Source of the DNA: Rhynchopus sp. YZ270_cl-10
Taxonomy: Eukaryota
DNA length: 64,000 nt
Reading direction: 5' to 3'
Assembly (NCBI GenBank): GCA_964035575.1
Contig: OZ037845.1
Location: 1,488,001 to 1,552,000, forward strand
Under the pieces are notes generated by a model, which saw only the letters and a program-made list of their open reading frames with translations, did not search any database and was not told the DNA's origin. The translations under genes were made by a program, and so were the position numbers. The stretch's first letter is position 1. Every line of letters begins with the position of its first letter. Positions 24,516 through 38,081 of the stretch are shown piece after piece.

Positions 24516-25762
24516 AATCCGGATTGTTTTGTTTCTCAAGAATGCATGTACTCGCATCGTCCTGCAGGAAGAGGAGGGAGCGAGAGTGAAGACTACCCGT
24601 TTGTTTTTATGTTGTTGTTCTTTTTGTTGGTTGAGAGAGTTCCACTCTGTGTGGGAGGGATGGTTTTGTTTGTTGCTGATGATGTTATTTTATAGCTTTG
24701 TTTTTTCCCCCTATTTTTCACCCTTTTTTTTGACATTCCTTGGGAAACCCGCGCCGAGCACTTAAGTGGAAAGAAACTTTCATATTCATTCTAAACAACA
24801 CGCAAATTAACATAACCATTACCACTTTTTTTAATAAAAAGAGCACAAATTCCCTTTACGGTAAACCACTGTCTTCTGGCAGCTAGTTTCAGGAATGTTT
24901 CAAAGAAGGAGGAAATTGTGAAAAAAGACAAGAACATAATGGATGAGCAACATTCAGAAAAGAAGTTGTGAGGTTTTTTCTTTCTTCCGTTCCCGCTATT
25001 TTTTTTTTTTTTTTTTTTTTTGGTGTTGTTCTGCTGATGATATTATTTTATAGCTTTGTTTTCCCCCTATTTTTCACCCCTTTTTTTGACATTCCTTGGG
25101 AAACCCGCGCCAAGCACTTAAGTGGACACAAACTTTCATATTTATTTTAAACAACACGCAAATTAACATAACCATTCCCACTCAAGAAAATAAAAGGTCA
25201 CAAATTCCCTTCACGGGAGACCACTGTCTTCTGGCAGCCAGTTTCAGGAATGTTTTAAATATTTTCCCCTCGCCATTATCTAGCACAAGGCGCAGAAATA
25301 TTTTTTCCAGTTTACAAAAGATACGCTATTCTGCTGTCCCCCTCATGGGCTTCGTTGTTCACGTGCTCTTATGAGAGGCACATAGCGGCAACACTCTCCC
25401 TCTTGCCTTCACTCGTGACTTAAAGTCATTCGGGTTGAAACACCAACTCGGGTGACATATTCACATTCCCCATCCCTTTGTTACCCGATGTTAAAAAAGA
25501 AGTCTGTGTTCATTCGAGACCTGGTCGATTAGTTGCTTTTTGTTTTTTTGCATTTTTTTACTTAGCGTTTTCTTCATTGTTGAAAAGCCAGACAACACCA
25601 CTTGATCTCTGCAACAGCATTTCTCTGCGAAGGCGTGCTTAAGGTATCAAACCCATTGGCAAGTGAGGGAATTCAGGATAAAGTACCAGTTGCAGTGATC
25701 TCGTTGGTGGCTCTATCTTTGCTGGTTTCCAATAACACTTTAGTGTTGAGGTGATACACATA

Positions 25763-26800
25763 CCCTCACAGTAAAAATAATGTTTTTTCAAAAATAAATT
25801 AATAAAAAAATGACCCAAAAGTAACATTTTTTTTGTAACAATTTAATAAAATGTTTTATTCGTTTTTTTGCAGTTGGGCAAAAAGTAACAAATGTTACAA
25901 CGTGGTGTGTTCCGGGGTATGGGATTTTACACATCTTCACACATCTTCACAACTCTTCACAACTTTTCACAAATTTTCACAAATTTTCACAACATAATTT
26001 TGGCCATATTTTTGTGAAGAATTGTGAAGAGTTGTGAATAGTTGTGAAAAGTTGTGAAGAGTTGTGAATTGAAATGAAAATTTGGATGAAAAAAACACAG
26101 ACGTTGTGAATATTTGTGAAGAGTTGTGAACAGTTGTGAAGAGATGTGAAGAGTTGTGAATTGGGAAAACCCCCCCTTTTTTTCTCCAATTCACAACTCT
26201 TCACAACTGTTCACAACTCTTCACAAATATTCACAACGTCTGTGTTTTTTTCATCCAAATTTTCATTTCAATTCACAACTCTTCACAACTTTTCACAACT
26301 ATTCACAACTCTTCACAATTCTTCACAAAAATATGGCCAAAATTATGTTGTGAAAAATTGTGAAAAGTTGTGAAGAGTTGTGAAGATGTGTGAAGATGTG
26401 TAAAATCCCATACCCCGGAACACACCACAACGAAAAAATAAAAAGCCCATGGTTGAAGCACGGGAGTACCATAGGGAACTGGGTTGCTGACCACACCATC
26501 CAGGCTGTACCTCAATTTTTTTTTTGCCTGCGGCGCCATTTTCCCTTTTTTGCTCCGCAAAAAAGGGTTCGTAGAGTGACTCTGTGTAAAAAGCTAGATT
26601 TTTACACCATGGGTTTCCGCGCTGTATGCTTTATTAGCCCCCCCAGTAACATTTTTGTTACGCCTGCGGCGTAACAAAATGTTACAAAAAAATAAAATCC
26701 AAAAAATGAAAAAAGTAACAAAATGCAAAAATGTTATAAAAAAAATAAAAATCGCCGAAATAATTTATTTGTAACAATAACATAATTTATACTATGAGGG
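25763..26800. mobile_element. Tc1/mariner-type MITE inserted in the eIF4A spacer
   Basis: TIR CCCTCACAGTA / TACTATGAGGG with TA on both sides; the empty site ATACACATAACAAGAAA is present in the spacers at ~21166, ~22475 and ~32275. Confidence 0.8.
25903..26427. mobile_element. Foldback (near-perfect palindromic) element nested in the MITE
   Basis: ~260-bp inverted arms starting TGGTGTGTTCCGGGGTATGGG; CAACG duplicated at 25898-25902 and 26428-26432; arms built from TTCACAACTC-type decamers. Confidence 0.85.
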
Positions 26801-27007
26801 TAACAAGAAAAGAAACAGCAGAACTCTTGATTCGAGTGTCGTTGCCGTCTTCATTGCATCCTCTTCGTGGTAGCGGTGCATGGAACGGCACAGTACAGTC
26901 AGAAAAGATTAACCTCCAACCCCCAATTTTTTGTTCACCTTGTCTCCCCAACTCCAGTATTCACAACCACTTCACACCAGAGCCAACCAAGTTATCAAAA
27001 AGTAATT

Positions 27008-27535
27008 ATGTCTGAGGCAAAGCACGAGGAGGCCCTGACCCTTGATGGAATCAAGCAGTTCTACGTGGCTGTTGAGGAGGAGTACAAGTTCGAGACCCTC
27101 ATGGACCTGTACGACTACGTATCGATTCCTCAGTCCGTGATCTTCTGCAACACCCGCCGGAAGGTCGAGTTGCTGTCTGAGAAGATGAACGACAAGGAGT
27201 TCAGCGTGTCGTTCATGCACGCGGACATGCAGAAGGGAGAGCGTGAAGATGTGATGAAGGCTTTCCGCTATGGATCGTCACGTGTGCTGATCTCGACTGA
27301 TATGCCTCACCGTGGTATCAACATGCCGCGCATTTCCATCGTGATCAACTACGACCTGTCCGCCATCAAAGAGGACTACCTTGACCGTATCGGTCGTTCC
27401 GGCCGTTACGGACGTAAGAGTGTTGCCATCAACTTTGTGACCACGAAGGACGTCCCTCTGCTCAAGGAGCTCCGCGAGTTCTACAACACCACCATCGAGG
27501 AGCTCCCCATGGACTTCGCCTCCCACTTGGAGTAG
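27008..27535 (+). CDS. Truncated eIF4A paralog T6 (CTD only, 175 aa)
   Basis: [12 protein letters not shown] junction; MPHRGIN and DRIGRSGR substitutions; open frame. Confidence 0.73.
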   Translation: MSEAKHEEALTLDGIKQFYVAVEEEYKFETLMDLYDYVSIPQSVIFCNTRRKVELLSEKMNDKEFSVSFMHADMQKGEREDVMKAFRYGSSRVLISTDMPHRGINMPRISIVINYDLSAIKEDYLDRIGRSGRYGRKSVAINFVTTKDVPLLKELREFYNTTIEELPMDFASHLE

Positions 27536-28458
27536 TAATCTAAGCAAACGGCCACACTACGTGTTGTCAGGCTTCGTATCATCAGCGTATCCACATCTGC
27601 CGCTAAGCTGACGAAGTCACAACATCCACACCTCCGGGAGGGTTGAACACATCTTGATCCTTAAGTGTCGCAAGGACGTCAAGAACAAGTGGAACACGCA
27701 CCGGTGCTCTTTGTATCGTCTCTGGACAGCCATTTCCCGTGATGGTAAACCGGTATTTGGAGAGGTACGCAGGTCCCTGTGTGCACCCCTTAAAAACCTC
27801 GGGGAAAACCCCCAAGTACTTTTACTCCTGACCGGAAAAGGTCGGCTGTGGTTGATCTCACAACCCTTTTTCTTGTTCTTTTCCCCTCGCCGTTATCTAG
27901 CACAAGGCACAGAAATAATTTTATGCAGTTCACAAAAGATACGCTATTCTGCTGTCCCCCTCATGGGCTTCGTTGTTCACGTGGTCTTATGAGAGGCACA
28001 GAGCGGCAACACTCTCCCTCTTGCCTTCACTCGTGACTTAAAGTCACTCGGGTTGAAACACCAACTCGGGTGACATATTCACATTCCCCATCCCTTGGTT
28101 ACCCGATGGTAAAAAAGAAGTCTGTGTTCATTCGAGACCTGGTCGTTGTTGTTTTTGTTTTCTTACTTCGGCGGCTCCGGCTACTTCGTAGCCCGCCTGA
28201 GTCTATCTTTGCTGGTTGCCAATAACACTTTAGTGTTGAGGGGAATACAAATAACAAGAAAAGAAACAGAAGAACTCTTGATTCGAGTGTCGTTGCCGTC
28301 TTCATTGCATCCTCTTCGTGGTAGCGGTGCATGGAACGGCACAGCACAGTCAGAAAAGATTAACCTCCAACCCTTATTTTTTTGTTCACCTTGTCTCCCC
28401 AACTCCAGTATTCACAACCACTTCACACCAGAGCCAACCAAGTTATCAAAAAGTAATT

Positions 28459-30252
28459 ATGTCTGAGGCAAAGCACGAGCCCCGTGACCACGACTCCTTC
28501 CAGGATGACACCCTCCCCGACGACGTCAAGGTTGTCCCGTCTTTCGACGAGATGCCCCTGCACACCAACCTTCTCCGTGGAATTTACTCCTACGGGTATG
28601 TAGTCTTTGCTTCACGTCTTTGCTTCCTTTCCTGTCACACAACACTTTTGTAATCATTTCACCCCCACCACAGATTCGAGAAGCCGTCTGCCATCCAGCA
28701 GCGTGCGATCATCCCTTTCATCAAGGGAGGTGACCTGATCGCCCAGGCCCAGTCCGGAACCGGCAAGACCGGAGCCTTCACGATTGGTCTCCTCCAGCGC
28801 ATGGACTGGACCAACCGTGCCTGCCAGGGACTTGTCCTCTCGCCCACCCGCGAGCTGGCCACCCAGACCGAGAGCGTGATCTCCTCCATTGGAGAGTACC
28901 TCTGTGACGGACCGTTCTGCCACACCTTCGTGGGTATGTTGCTTGTTTTGTGTTTTATTTTGCGTCTGTTGTTTTGTCTCGTTTGGGTCTGTGATGACAT
29001 TGAATACACCGCAACGGTCTGACCTGCTTCTTTGCGATGCTTACAACCGTATTGACGTCCCCTTCATTGGGGGCAACTGAGATCCTCTCACCTGTGTGTT
29101 CCCTTTCAACTGCTTCCAGCGCGCCATGTGTCCCCTTGCTTCCACATGAGGTACGGGTCAGATAGGATCGCAAGACACCCATCCACACAAAGCTTCACAC
29201 CACGCAGTAATGATGATATTGTAAATACATCCGCAACGGTCTTGATGAGCCTGTTCGCAGGCGATGGTTAGAACTCTTTCTTCGTATTACACTGACACTC
29301 TTCACTCTGTCGTTTCCGTCATTTTTTTGTGTTTAGTTGTTTGTTTTTGTGACCTGACACTTTTGCACCCTTGTCTTTTCTCACCACAGGAGGAACCCGT
29401 GTGACTGACGATCTCGCCAAGCTCCAGAAGGGAGTTTTGGTGGCTGTCGGAACCCCCGGACGTGTGTTCGACGTTATCAAGCGTGGAGCCCTGAAGACCG
29501 ACCACCTTAAGGTATGCAAGAAAGCCCGTTGACGACAACAACAACACTCACAACACACACAGGTGCTCTGCCTTGACGAGGCTGACGAGATGCTTTCCCA
29601 GGGATTCTCCGAGCAGATCTACGAGATCTTCAAGTTCCTCCCCAAGGAGGTGCAGGTGTGCCTGTTCTCCGCCACCATGCCCCCGGAGGTGCTGGACCTG
29701 ACCCAGAAGTTCATGCGTGAGCCCATCCGTATCCTTGTGAAGAAGGAGGCCCTGACCCTTGAGGGAATCAAGCAGTTCTACGTGGCTGTTGAGGAGGAGT
29801 ACAAGCTCGAGACCCTCATGGACCTGTACGACTCCGTGTCGATTGCGCAGTCTGTGATCTTCTGCAACACCCGCCGGAAGGTCGACTGGCTGTCCGAGAA
29901 GATGAACGACAAGGAGTTCACCGTGTCGTTCATGCACGCGGACATGCAGAAGGGAGAGCGTGAAAAGGTGATGAAGGTGTTCCGCTCTGGATCGTCGCGT
30001 GTGCTGATCTCGACCGATCTGCTTGCCCGTGGTATCGACGTGCAGCACGTTTCCATCGTGATCAACTTCGACCTTCCCGCCAACAGAGAGAACTACCTTC
30101 ACCGTATCGGTCGTTCCGGACGTTACGGACGTAAGGGTGTTGCCATCAACTTCGTCAACACCAAGGACGTCCCTCTGCTCAAGGAGCTCCAGGAGTTCTA
30201 CAACACCACCATCGAGGAGCTCCCCATGGACTTCGCCTCCCACCTGGAGTAG
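28459..30252 (+). CDS. eIF4A: eIF4A copy F3; introns 28596-28673, 28934-29389, 29512-29562
   Basis: Same exons as F1/F2; intron 3 shortened to 51 nt. Confidence 0.96.
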
Positions 30253-30788
30253 AATCCGGATTGTTTTGTTTCTCAAGAATGCATGTACTCGCATCGTCCT
30301 GCAAGAAGCGGAGGGAGCGAGAGTGAAGACTACCCGTTTGTTTTTATGTTGTTGTTCTTTTTGTTGGTGAAGAGAGTGGGTGGGGGAGGGGAGGTTTTGT
30401 TTGTTGCTGATGATGTTATTTTATGGCTTTGTTTTTCCCCCCCTATTTTTCACCCCTTTTTTTGACATTCCTTGGGAAACCCGCGCCGAGCACTTAAGTG
30501 GAAACGAACCTTCATATTCATTCTAAACAACACACAAATTAACATAACCATTCCCACCTTTTTAAATAAAAAGAGCCCAAATTCCCTTCACGGGAGACCA
30601 CTGTCTTCTGGCAGCTAGTTTCAGGAATGTTTCAAAGAAGGAGGGAAATGGGAGAAAAGACAACAAAATAATGGATGAGCAACATTCAGAAAACGAGTTG
30701 TGAGGTTTTTTCTTTCTTCCTTTTCCCCTTTTTCGTTCTTTTTAGTGTTGTTCTGCTGATGATGTTATTTTATAGCTTTGTTTTTCCC

Positions 30789-31720
30789 CAGGGGTCGCGC
30801 TAATTTTGGGGGAAATCGGCGAAAAAATGGAAAAACGGTACCAAAAAACGTACCTGAAACAGCTGTGCACCAGGGGGTGAAAAAACAGTGTTTTGTGGCA
30901 TTTCCGAGCCAATCCCAGGCTGTGGTGGGGGATATACTATTTTATATATATACGGAAAAATGGACAAAATTTTGGTGACTTAAATTTTCACAAAATATGA
31001 ACCCATACTCGTAAACAAGGGTCATTTTCAGGTCTGAAAACCCAGCTTCAGATGAAATGGTGGTGTTTTTGAAACCACTGAACAGTAGGTAGCGCCGCAG
31101 GCGCACGGTGCCCAACTTTTGTCTTCTCTTTTTCCCTTTTCTCTGCGTTCTTTTGATTGTACGAGCTGATTGCTCTCCACAGTGGTCACATGTGTGCGCA
31201 AAAACACGCTAAAGTACCCTTACTATGAAATATGAGATTCTCTGCAAGCATGTTCCCAGATAACGAAAAAAGGGAGGCGTTTTTGAGCGTTTTTGTTGAT
31301 CGCATCGTCCGATGCGGTGCAATTGCAGAAAGTGATGGGGTCATTTTGGAAAAATGGACGAATTTTCGGTATTTAAGTTTTCACCATTTTTTATTCCTGT
31401 GCACTTTTCGAGACTGCCGATTCTCGTAAAGAAGGGTCATTTTCAGTTCTTGATTGAGAACAGTAGGGAGCGCCGCAGGCGCACGGTACCCAACTTTTGT
31501 CTTTTTTTCCCCCTTTTCTCTGCTTTCTTTTCATTGCGCGAGCCAATTGCTCTCCACGGTGGGGTCACATGTGTGTGCAAAAACACGCTATAGTACGTTT
31601 ACTATGAAATGTGAGTTTCTCCGATTTAGTAAGGAAACCCCGGTTTGCAAAAAAAAAAAACGTACCGAGCAAAATCGCCAAAGATCTACGGTAGTCGGTA
31701 GCAAGTTAGCGCGACCCCTG
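30789..31720. mobile_element. hAT-type non-autonomous DNA transposon
   Basis: TIR CAGGGGTCGCGCTAA / TTAGCGCGACCCCTG; 8-bp TSD TTTTTCCC; internal ~200-bp imperfect direct repeat. Confidence 0.88.
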
Positions 31721-32488
31721 TTTTTCCCCCACCATTTTTTTTTTTTTTTGACGTTCCTTGGGAAACCCGCGCCGAGCACTAAAGTGGACACAAACTTTCA
31801 TATTCATTCTTAACAGCACGCAAATTAACATAACCATTTCCACTCAAGAAAAAAAAAGTGCGCAAATTCCCTTTCACGGGATACCACTGTCTTCTGGCAG
31901 CAAGTTTCAGGAATGTTTTAAATAATTTCCCCTCGCCATTATCTAGCACAAGGCGCAGCATTGTTGTTATTCAGTTTACAAAGATACGCTATTCTGCTGT
32001 CCCCCTCACGGGCTTCGTTGTTCACGTGCTCTTATGAGAGGCACATAGCGGCAACACTCTCCCTCTTGCCTTCACTCGTGACTTAAAGTCACTCGGGTTG
32101 AAACACCAACTCGGGTGACATATTCACATTCCCCATCCCTTGGTTACCCGATGTTAAAAAAGAAGTCTGTGTTCATTCGAGACCTGGTCGTTTTTGTTTT
32201 TGTGTTTCTTTTCATACATTGTACGCCTGAGTCTATCTTTGCTGGTTTCCAATTACACTTTAGTGTTGGGGGGAATACACATAACAAGAAAAGACGCAGC
32301 AGAACTCTTGATTCGAGTGTCGTTGCCGTCTTCATTGCATCCTCTTCGTGGTAGCGGTGCATGGAACGGCACAGCACAGTCAGAAAAGATTAACCACCAA
32401 CCCTCATTTTTTTGTTCACCTTGTCTCCCCAACTCCAGCATTCACAACCACTTCACACCAGAGCCAACCAAGTTATCAAAAAGTAATT

Positions 32489-34316
32489 ATGTCTGAGGCA
32501 AAGCACGAGCCCCGTGACCACGACTCCTTCCAGGATGACACCCTCCCCGACGACGTCAAGGTTGTCCCGTCCTTCGACGAGATGCCCCTGCACACCAACC
32601 TTCTCCGTGGAATTTACTCCTACGGGTATGTAGTCTTTGCTTCACGTCTTTGCTTCCTTTCCTGCCACACAACACTTTTGTAATCATTTCACCCCCACCA
32701 CAGATTCGAGAAGCCGTCTGCCATCCAGCAGCGTGCGATCATCCCTTTCATCAAGGGAGGTGACCTGATCGCCCAGGCCCAGTCCGGAACCGGCAAGACC
32801 GGAGCCTTCACGATTGGTCTCCTCCAGCGCATGGACTGGACCAACCGTGCCTGCCAGGGACTTGTCCTCTCGCCCACCCGCGAGCTGGCCACCCAGACCG
32901 AGAGCGTGATCTCCTCCATTGGAGAGTACCTCTGTGACGGACCGTTCTGCCACACCTTCGTGGGTATGTTGCTTGTTTTGTGTTTTATTTTGCGTCTGTT
33001 GTTTTATCTTGTTTGGGTCAATGATGACATTGAATACACCGCAACGGTCTGACCTGCTTCTTTGCGATGCTTACAACCGTATTGACGTCCCCTTCATTGG
33101 GGGCAACTGAGATCCTCTCACCTGTGTGTTCCCTTTCAACTGTTTCCAGCGCGCCATGTGTCCCCTTGCTTCCACATGAGGTACGGGTCAGATAGGATCG
33201 CAAGACACCCATCCACACAAAGCTTCACACCACGCAGTAATGATGATATTGTAAATACATCCGCAACGGTCTTGATGAGCCTGTTCGCAGGCGATGGTTA
33301 GAACTCTTTCTTCGTATTACACTGACACTCTTCACTCTGTCGTTTCCGTCATTTTTTTGTGTTTAGTTGTTTGTTTTTGTGACCTGACACTTTTGCACCC
33401 TTGTCTTTTCTCACCACAGGAGGAACCCGTGTGACTGACGATCTCGCCAAGCTCCAGAAGGGAGTTCTGGTGGCTGTCGGAACCCCCGGACGTGTGTTCG
33501 ACGTTATCAAGCGTGGAGCCCTGAAGACCGACCACCTTAAGGTATGCAAGAAAGCCCGTTGACGACAACACCAACAACACAGCACACACACGACACACAC
33601 ACACACACAACACACAACACACACAGGTGCTCTGCCTTGACGAGGCTGACGAGATGCTTTCCCAGGGATTCTCCGAGCAGATCTACGAGATCTTCAAGTT
33701 CCTCCCCAAGGAGGTGCAGGTGTGCCTGTTCTCCGCCACCATGCCCCCGGAGGTGCTGGACCTGACCCAGAAGTTCATGCGTGAGCCCATCCGTATCCTT
33801 GTGAAGAAGGAGGCCCTGACCCTTGAGGGAATCAAGCAGTTCTACGTGGCTGTTGAGGAGGAGTACAAGCTCGAGACCCTCATGGACCTGTACGACTCCG
33901 TGTCGATTGCGCAGTCTGTGATCTTCTGCAACACCCGCCGGAAGGTCGACTGGCTGTCCGAGAAGATGAACGACAAGGAGTTCACCGTGTCGTTCATGCA
34001 CGCGGACATGCAGAAGGGAGAGCGTGAAAAGGTGATGAAGGTGTTCCGCTCTGGATCGTCGCGTGTGCTGATCTCGACCGATCTGCTTGCCCGTGGTATC
34101 GACGTGCAGCACGTTTCCATCGTGATCAACTTCGACCTTCCCGCCAACAGAGAGAACTACCTTCACCGTATCGGTCGTTCCGGACGTTACGGACGTAAGG
34201 GTGTTGCCATCAACTTCGTCAACACCAAGGACGTCCCTCTGCTCAAGGAGCTCCAGGAGTTCTACAACACCACCATCGAGGAGCTCCCCATGGACTTCGC
34301 CTCCCACCTGGAGTAG
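32489..34316 (+). CDS. eIF4A: eIF4A copy F4; introns 32626-32703, 32964-33419, 33542-33626
   Basis: Same structure as F1 at offset 18956. Confidence 0.96.
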
Positions 34317-36463
34317 AATCCGGATTGTTTTGTTTCTCAAGAATGCATGTACTCGCATCGTCCTGCAAGAAGCGGAGGGAGCGAGAGTGAAGACTACCCG
34401 AAAATGCCCCATCCCCCCCCTATTTTTTCCGCGTTCTTTTCCCACCCCCTTCAGTTTTTTGTCCCCATAGTTTGAGGGCGTGTCTTCTTCTTCTCGTTCA
34501 AACTGTCGTAGGAAGTTTGTGTTTTCGTGTGTCCTTTTGGTTACAAAAAGACTTTTGACGTAAACTTTACGTGACGTCTATCTATTTTTTCATCCCCAAA
34601 AAAAGAAGTTTCAGAACTTCCCCCCCTTTGTTCTGTACTTCTCGAGAAAAAAAATAACCGCGTTTCTGTGAAAGAAAGAGTACGTTGGAGTTCATCATCC
34701 CAACCCAGTATGTAGGCAGTGTAGGAAAAAATTAAATTGTCGCTGCAGAAAAAAAATTTTTTTTTGGCCGAAAAAAAAAAAATGGCGCACGAATACAAAA
34801 ATGTGGGGCGCATGACTTCATTGTTCACTATCCCATGAGGAACTGAGGGAGATAGTGAATTAGTTTTTTGTAATCGTGTGTTTGTTTGTTTTTTTTTTTT
34901 TAATGTTGTTCTTTTTGTTGGTGAAGAGAGTGGGTGGGGGAGGGGAGGTTTTGTATTGTTGCTGATGACATTATTTTATAGCTTTGTTTTTTTCCCCCTA
35001 TTTTTCACCCTTTTTTTTGACATTCCTTGGGAAACCCGCGCCGAGCACTTAAGTGGAAATAAACCTTCATATTCATTCTAAACAACACACAAATTAACAT
35101 AACCATTCCCACTTTTTTAAATAAAAAGAGCACAAATTCCCTTTACGGGAGACCACTGTCTTCTGGCAGCTAGTTTCAGGAATGTTTCAAAGAAGGAGGG
35201 AAATTGTGAAAAAGGACAACAAAATAATTGATGAGCAACATTCAGAAAAGTTGTGAGGTGTTTTTTTTTTTTTAACCCCTTTCCCCCTTTATTTTTGGAA
35301 GTCGGACGAAGCAGAAAGGACCCCTCAGAGGCAGAGAGAGTAATTGGTTTTCCACTATTTTGCTTTTTTTTTCTTTTGTTGAAAAAAAAATGGCTGCAAA
35401 AATGTGACTTATATGCGCATTTTTCTTAGTCCTTTTTTCAATGATTCTTTTCTTTTATAACAATGTGTGGCAGGGAAAACCCTCCACAGCTCCCATATTC
35501 CCCCAGCATTGGTTTGCAGTAGATCTTGTTTTGGCGTTTCTTTTTTTCTTTTTTTTTTTTTTTTTTTTTTTTTTGCTTTTGTTATTTATTGTACCTTCTA
35601 TTCAGTAGGATGGAGAGTATATGAAATAATTATGTTGCTTTTCTTTTTTACAGAGACTGTTGGAGAGAGTGAGAGCAACGGCTTTCACCCCCAACTTCCC
35701 TCTATTCATAGGTGATTAAGCAAGGTTTGCTTATTCTCATCTTATCAACATTTTTCTTTTTCTTTTTTTTGATTTTGCAGTAGTAGCTTGAACCCTAGGT
35801 TCATCTAAAATCTGCAAAATCAAAAAAAAATTTTTCTTAGTTTGGTAATGTCTACAAGGCATTTTGTTTTCCCCTCCCCTCTCCATCAGTTCCGTGCCTC
35901 AAAGGCATACATGGAGCAATATGGATGGTATAATAAAATGGAAAGGGAAAAAAAAAATCAAAATTTTCGGATGAGAGGAACACCAACCTCTCTTCCTCAA
36001 GTTGATTTTTTTTTTTTTGGAAGGTGACTGGGCAGGGGGAGGCTTAGGATCATCTTACAAAATTTTTCTCATTTTTATTTTTTTTTTTGTTTACAACGTG
36101 AAAGATGAGTGTGCCCTTCAGGTATGGTCATCTTTTACATATTATTTTTTTTTTCATTTTTTTTTTAATGTGGTTTTCTCCGATCTACGTAGGAGTTTGA
36201 GAGAAAAATCCACATTTCCCTTCCCCCCGGTTCCCCGATGTTAAAAAGACGTCTGTGTCCATGCGAGGCTCATTCGCCCTTTTTTTCTCTTTTTTTGCAT
36301 TTTTTTTTCTTGATGAATTTTCCTTCTGTGAATTTTTTTTTTTTTATATTATAGTGAAGTGTTTTCTTCGTTGTTGAAAAAAAAAAGAAACAAACAGAAC
36401 TCTTGTCGCAACCTTTTCCACCTACGACCATACAAGGGAGAAGAAACCATTTTTTAAAAGGAT

Positions 36464-37396
36464 CAGTCCTATTCGTGGTCATTTACCCCCCCCCCCCTTT
36501 GGGTCGGTGAACCGGAAATTTTGGAAATAAGGGGGTAAAATAAGGGGGGGGGGGTAAATGAGGGGGTAAGGGGGGGGGGGTAAATTACCATGTTATGGGT
36601 TAGGTCATGTTTTTGGGTGGGAAGGGGGGACTTTTTCATACACGGTGGGGTAAAATTTTGCACAACACAGTGTGACGACACATGCTCTCATGACAAATGT
36701 GTCATCTGAAAAAAATTCCTCACTTCCTTGCGACATCGCAAGCAGTCATGCATCATGGATCCACATCATCCACATCATCTTTCTGCCCGTGCCTGAACCA
36801 TGACTGGTCAGGGATCACGGTGTTGCCTCAGATTCCGTGAGGTGTCCCAAACGTATCGCCCACGCAGCACAAACGTACCCACCTGCACCCATCTACCTGC
36901 ACACGTGATGTAAAACAGGGTGAAAGATTATTTGCACTTTACCCCTTTCCTCATTTCGAGCTTGTCTCCAGCTTCAAATCAGACGAGTCCTACAGTCTCC
37001 GGATGTACGACCCGCTGAACACATCAGCCCCTCCCAGCAAACCATAAAACAAAACAGGTATGCGCTGCACTAAGTGAAACTATTACCCCATAATTACACG
37101 CCAGGTGGTGTTTTGCCACTCGTTCCCTGAACCCCCTCGCTTCGCTCGTGGGTTTAGGTCACTCGTGACAAAACACCACCTGGCGTGTTGCGGCGATAAT
37201 TACCCAAAAATTACCTGGTGGCTGGTACTTTACCCCCCCAGGGGGGTAAAGTACCAGCCACAACAGGGTATTATAAGGGGGGGGGGTAAATTACCATGTT
37301 ATTTTGGCCTGAACCGTTTTTTTCTGAAAAAGGGGGTAAAATAAGGGGGGGGGGTAAATTTAGGGGGGGGGGGGTAAATGACCACGAATAGGACTG
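36464..37396. mobile_element. MITE / non-autonomous TIR element
   Basis: ~34-bp TIR CAGTCCTATTCGTGGTCATTTACCCCC... / ...GGGGGTAAATGACCACGAATAGGACTG; AT on both flanks; subterminal GGGGGTAAA repeats. Confidence 0.85.
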
Positions 37397-38081
37397 ATAC
37401 TTTATATTTTTGCGGAATTAGATAAAAAGGAAGAGATGATGAATGGACTTCCCTTTTTTTTTTCTTTTTTTTTTTTTTCTTTTGTCTGTTTGTTCCGAGA
37501 TGTTTGCCGTTTTCCCATCCCCCGGTTCCCCCCCAGCAGCAAAGCAGGATAGTGGTTAACAGAAGGACAAGAAAAAAAACTGATTCTTCCTCTCCCCCCC
37601 CCTCCCTTACTCCTACCCCCCCACTCCCACATACCTGCTTACACGACTCTTCCTTATTACCCGCACCTCAGCAAAATTCGTGATGTAAACCACGAAAGGG
37701 AAACACATGGTTTTCAGTCCACTTCCTGGTATTCTGGTCATGCAGCAAGGTACACTGTCACAGAGACGGCTTTGTATTTCAAATTTTTGGAGTACTTCAA
37801 GTATTTGGCGTACAAAAAAAAAAAAGTCGTCAAATTACCCGCAAAAATTCTCCATGCTGATGACACCACTCTCCATCATCACAGTGCGCTTATTGCTCAA
37901 CCCCACACCTCGTATCACACCATACTGCTTTCATTCCACAAAAAATACCCCCTTTTTTTTCTTTTCCAGGTGTCCCACACAACATTTGGGGCATCGCACA
38001 CACACATTGCGTTGGACAACAACGAAGGGATGTGCCCTACCATATGCCCCCAATGAGCCTGGGTGACGCCCATCTGTAACC

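Noticed and set aside
25967..26373. Mirror-image ORFs on both strands
   Set aside because: A product of the palindromic foldback element.
15720..27535. Truncated eIF4A copies as processed retrocopies
   Set aside because: The introns fall inside the deleted interval, no exon-exon junction is retained, and there is no poly(A) tail or TSD; DNA-level deletion plus tandem duplication explains them.
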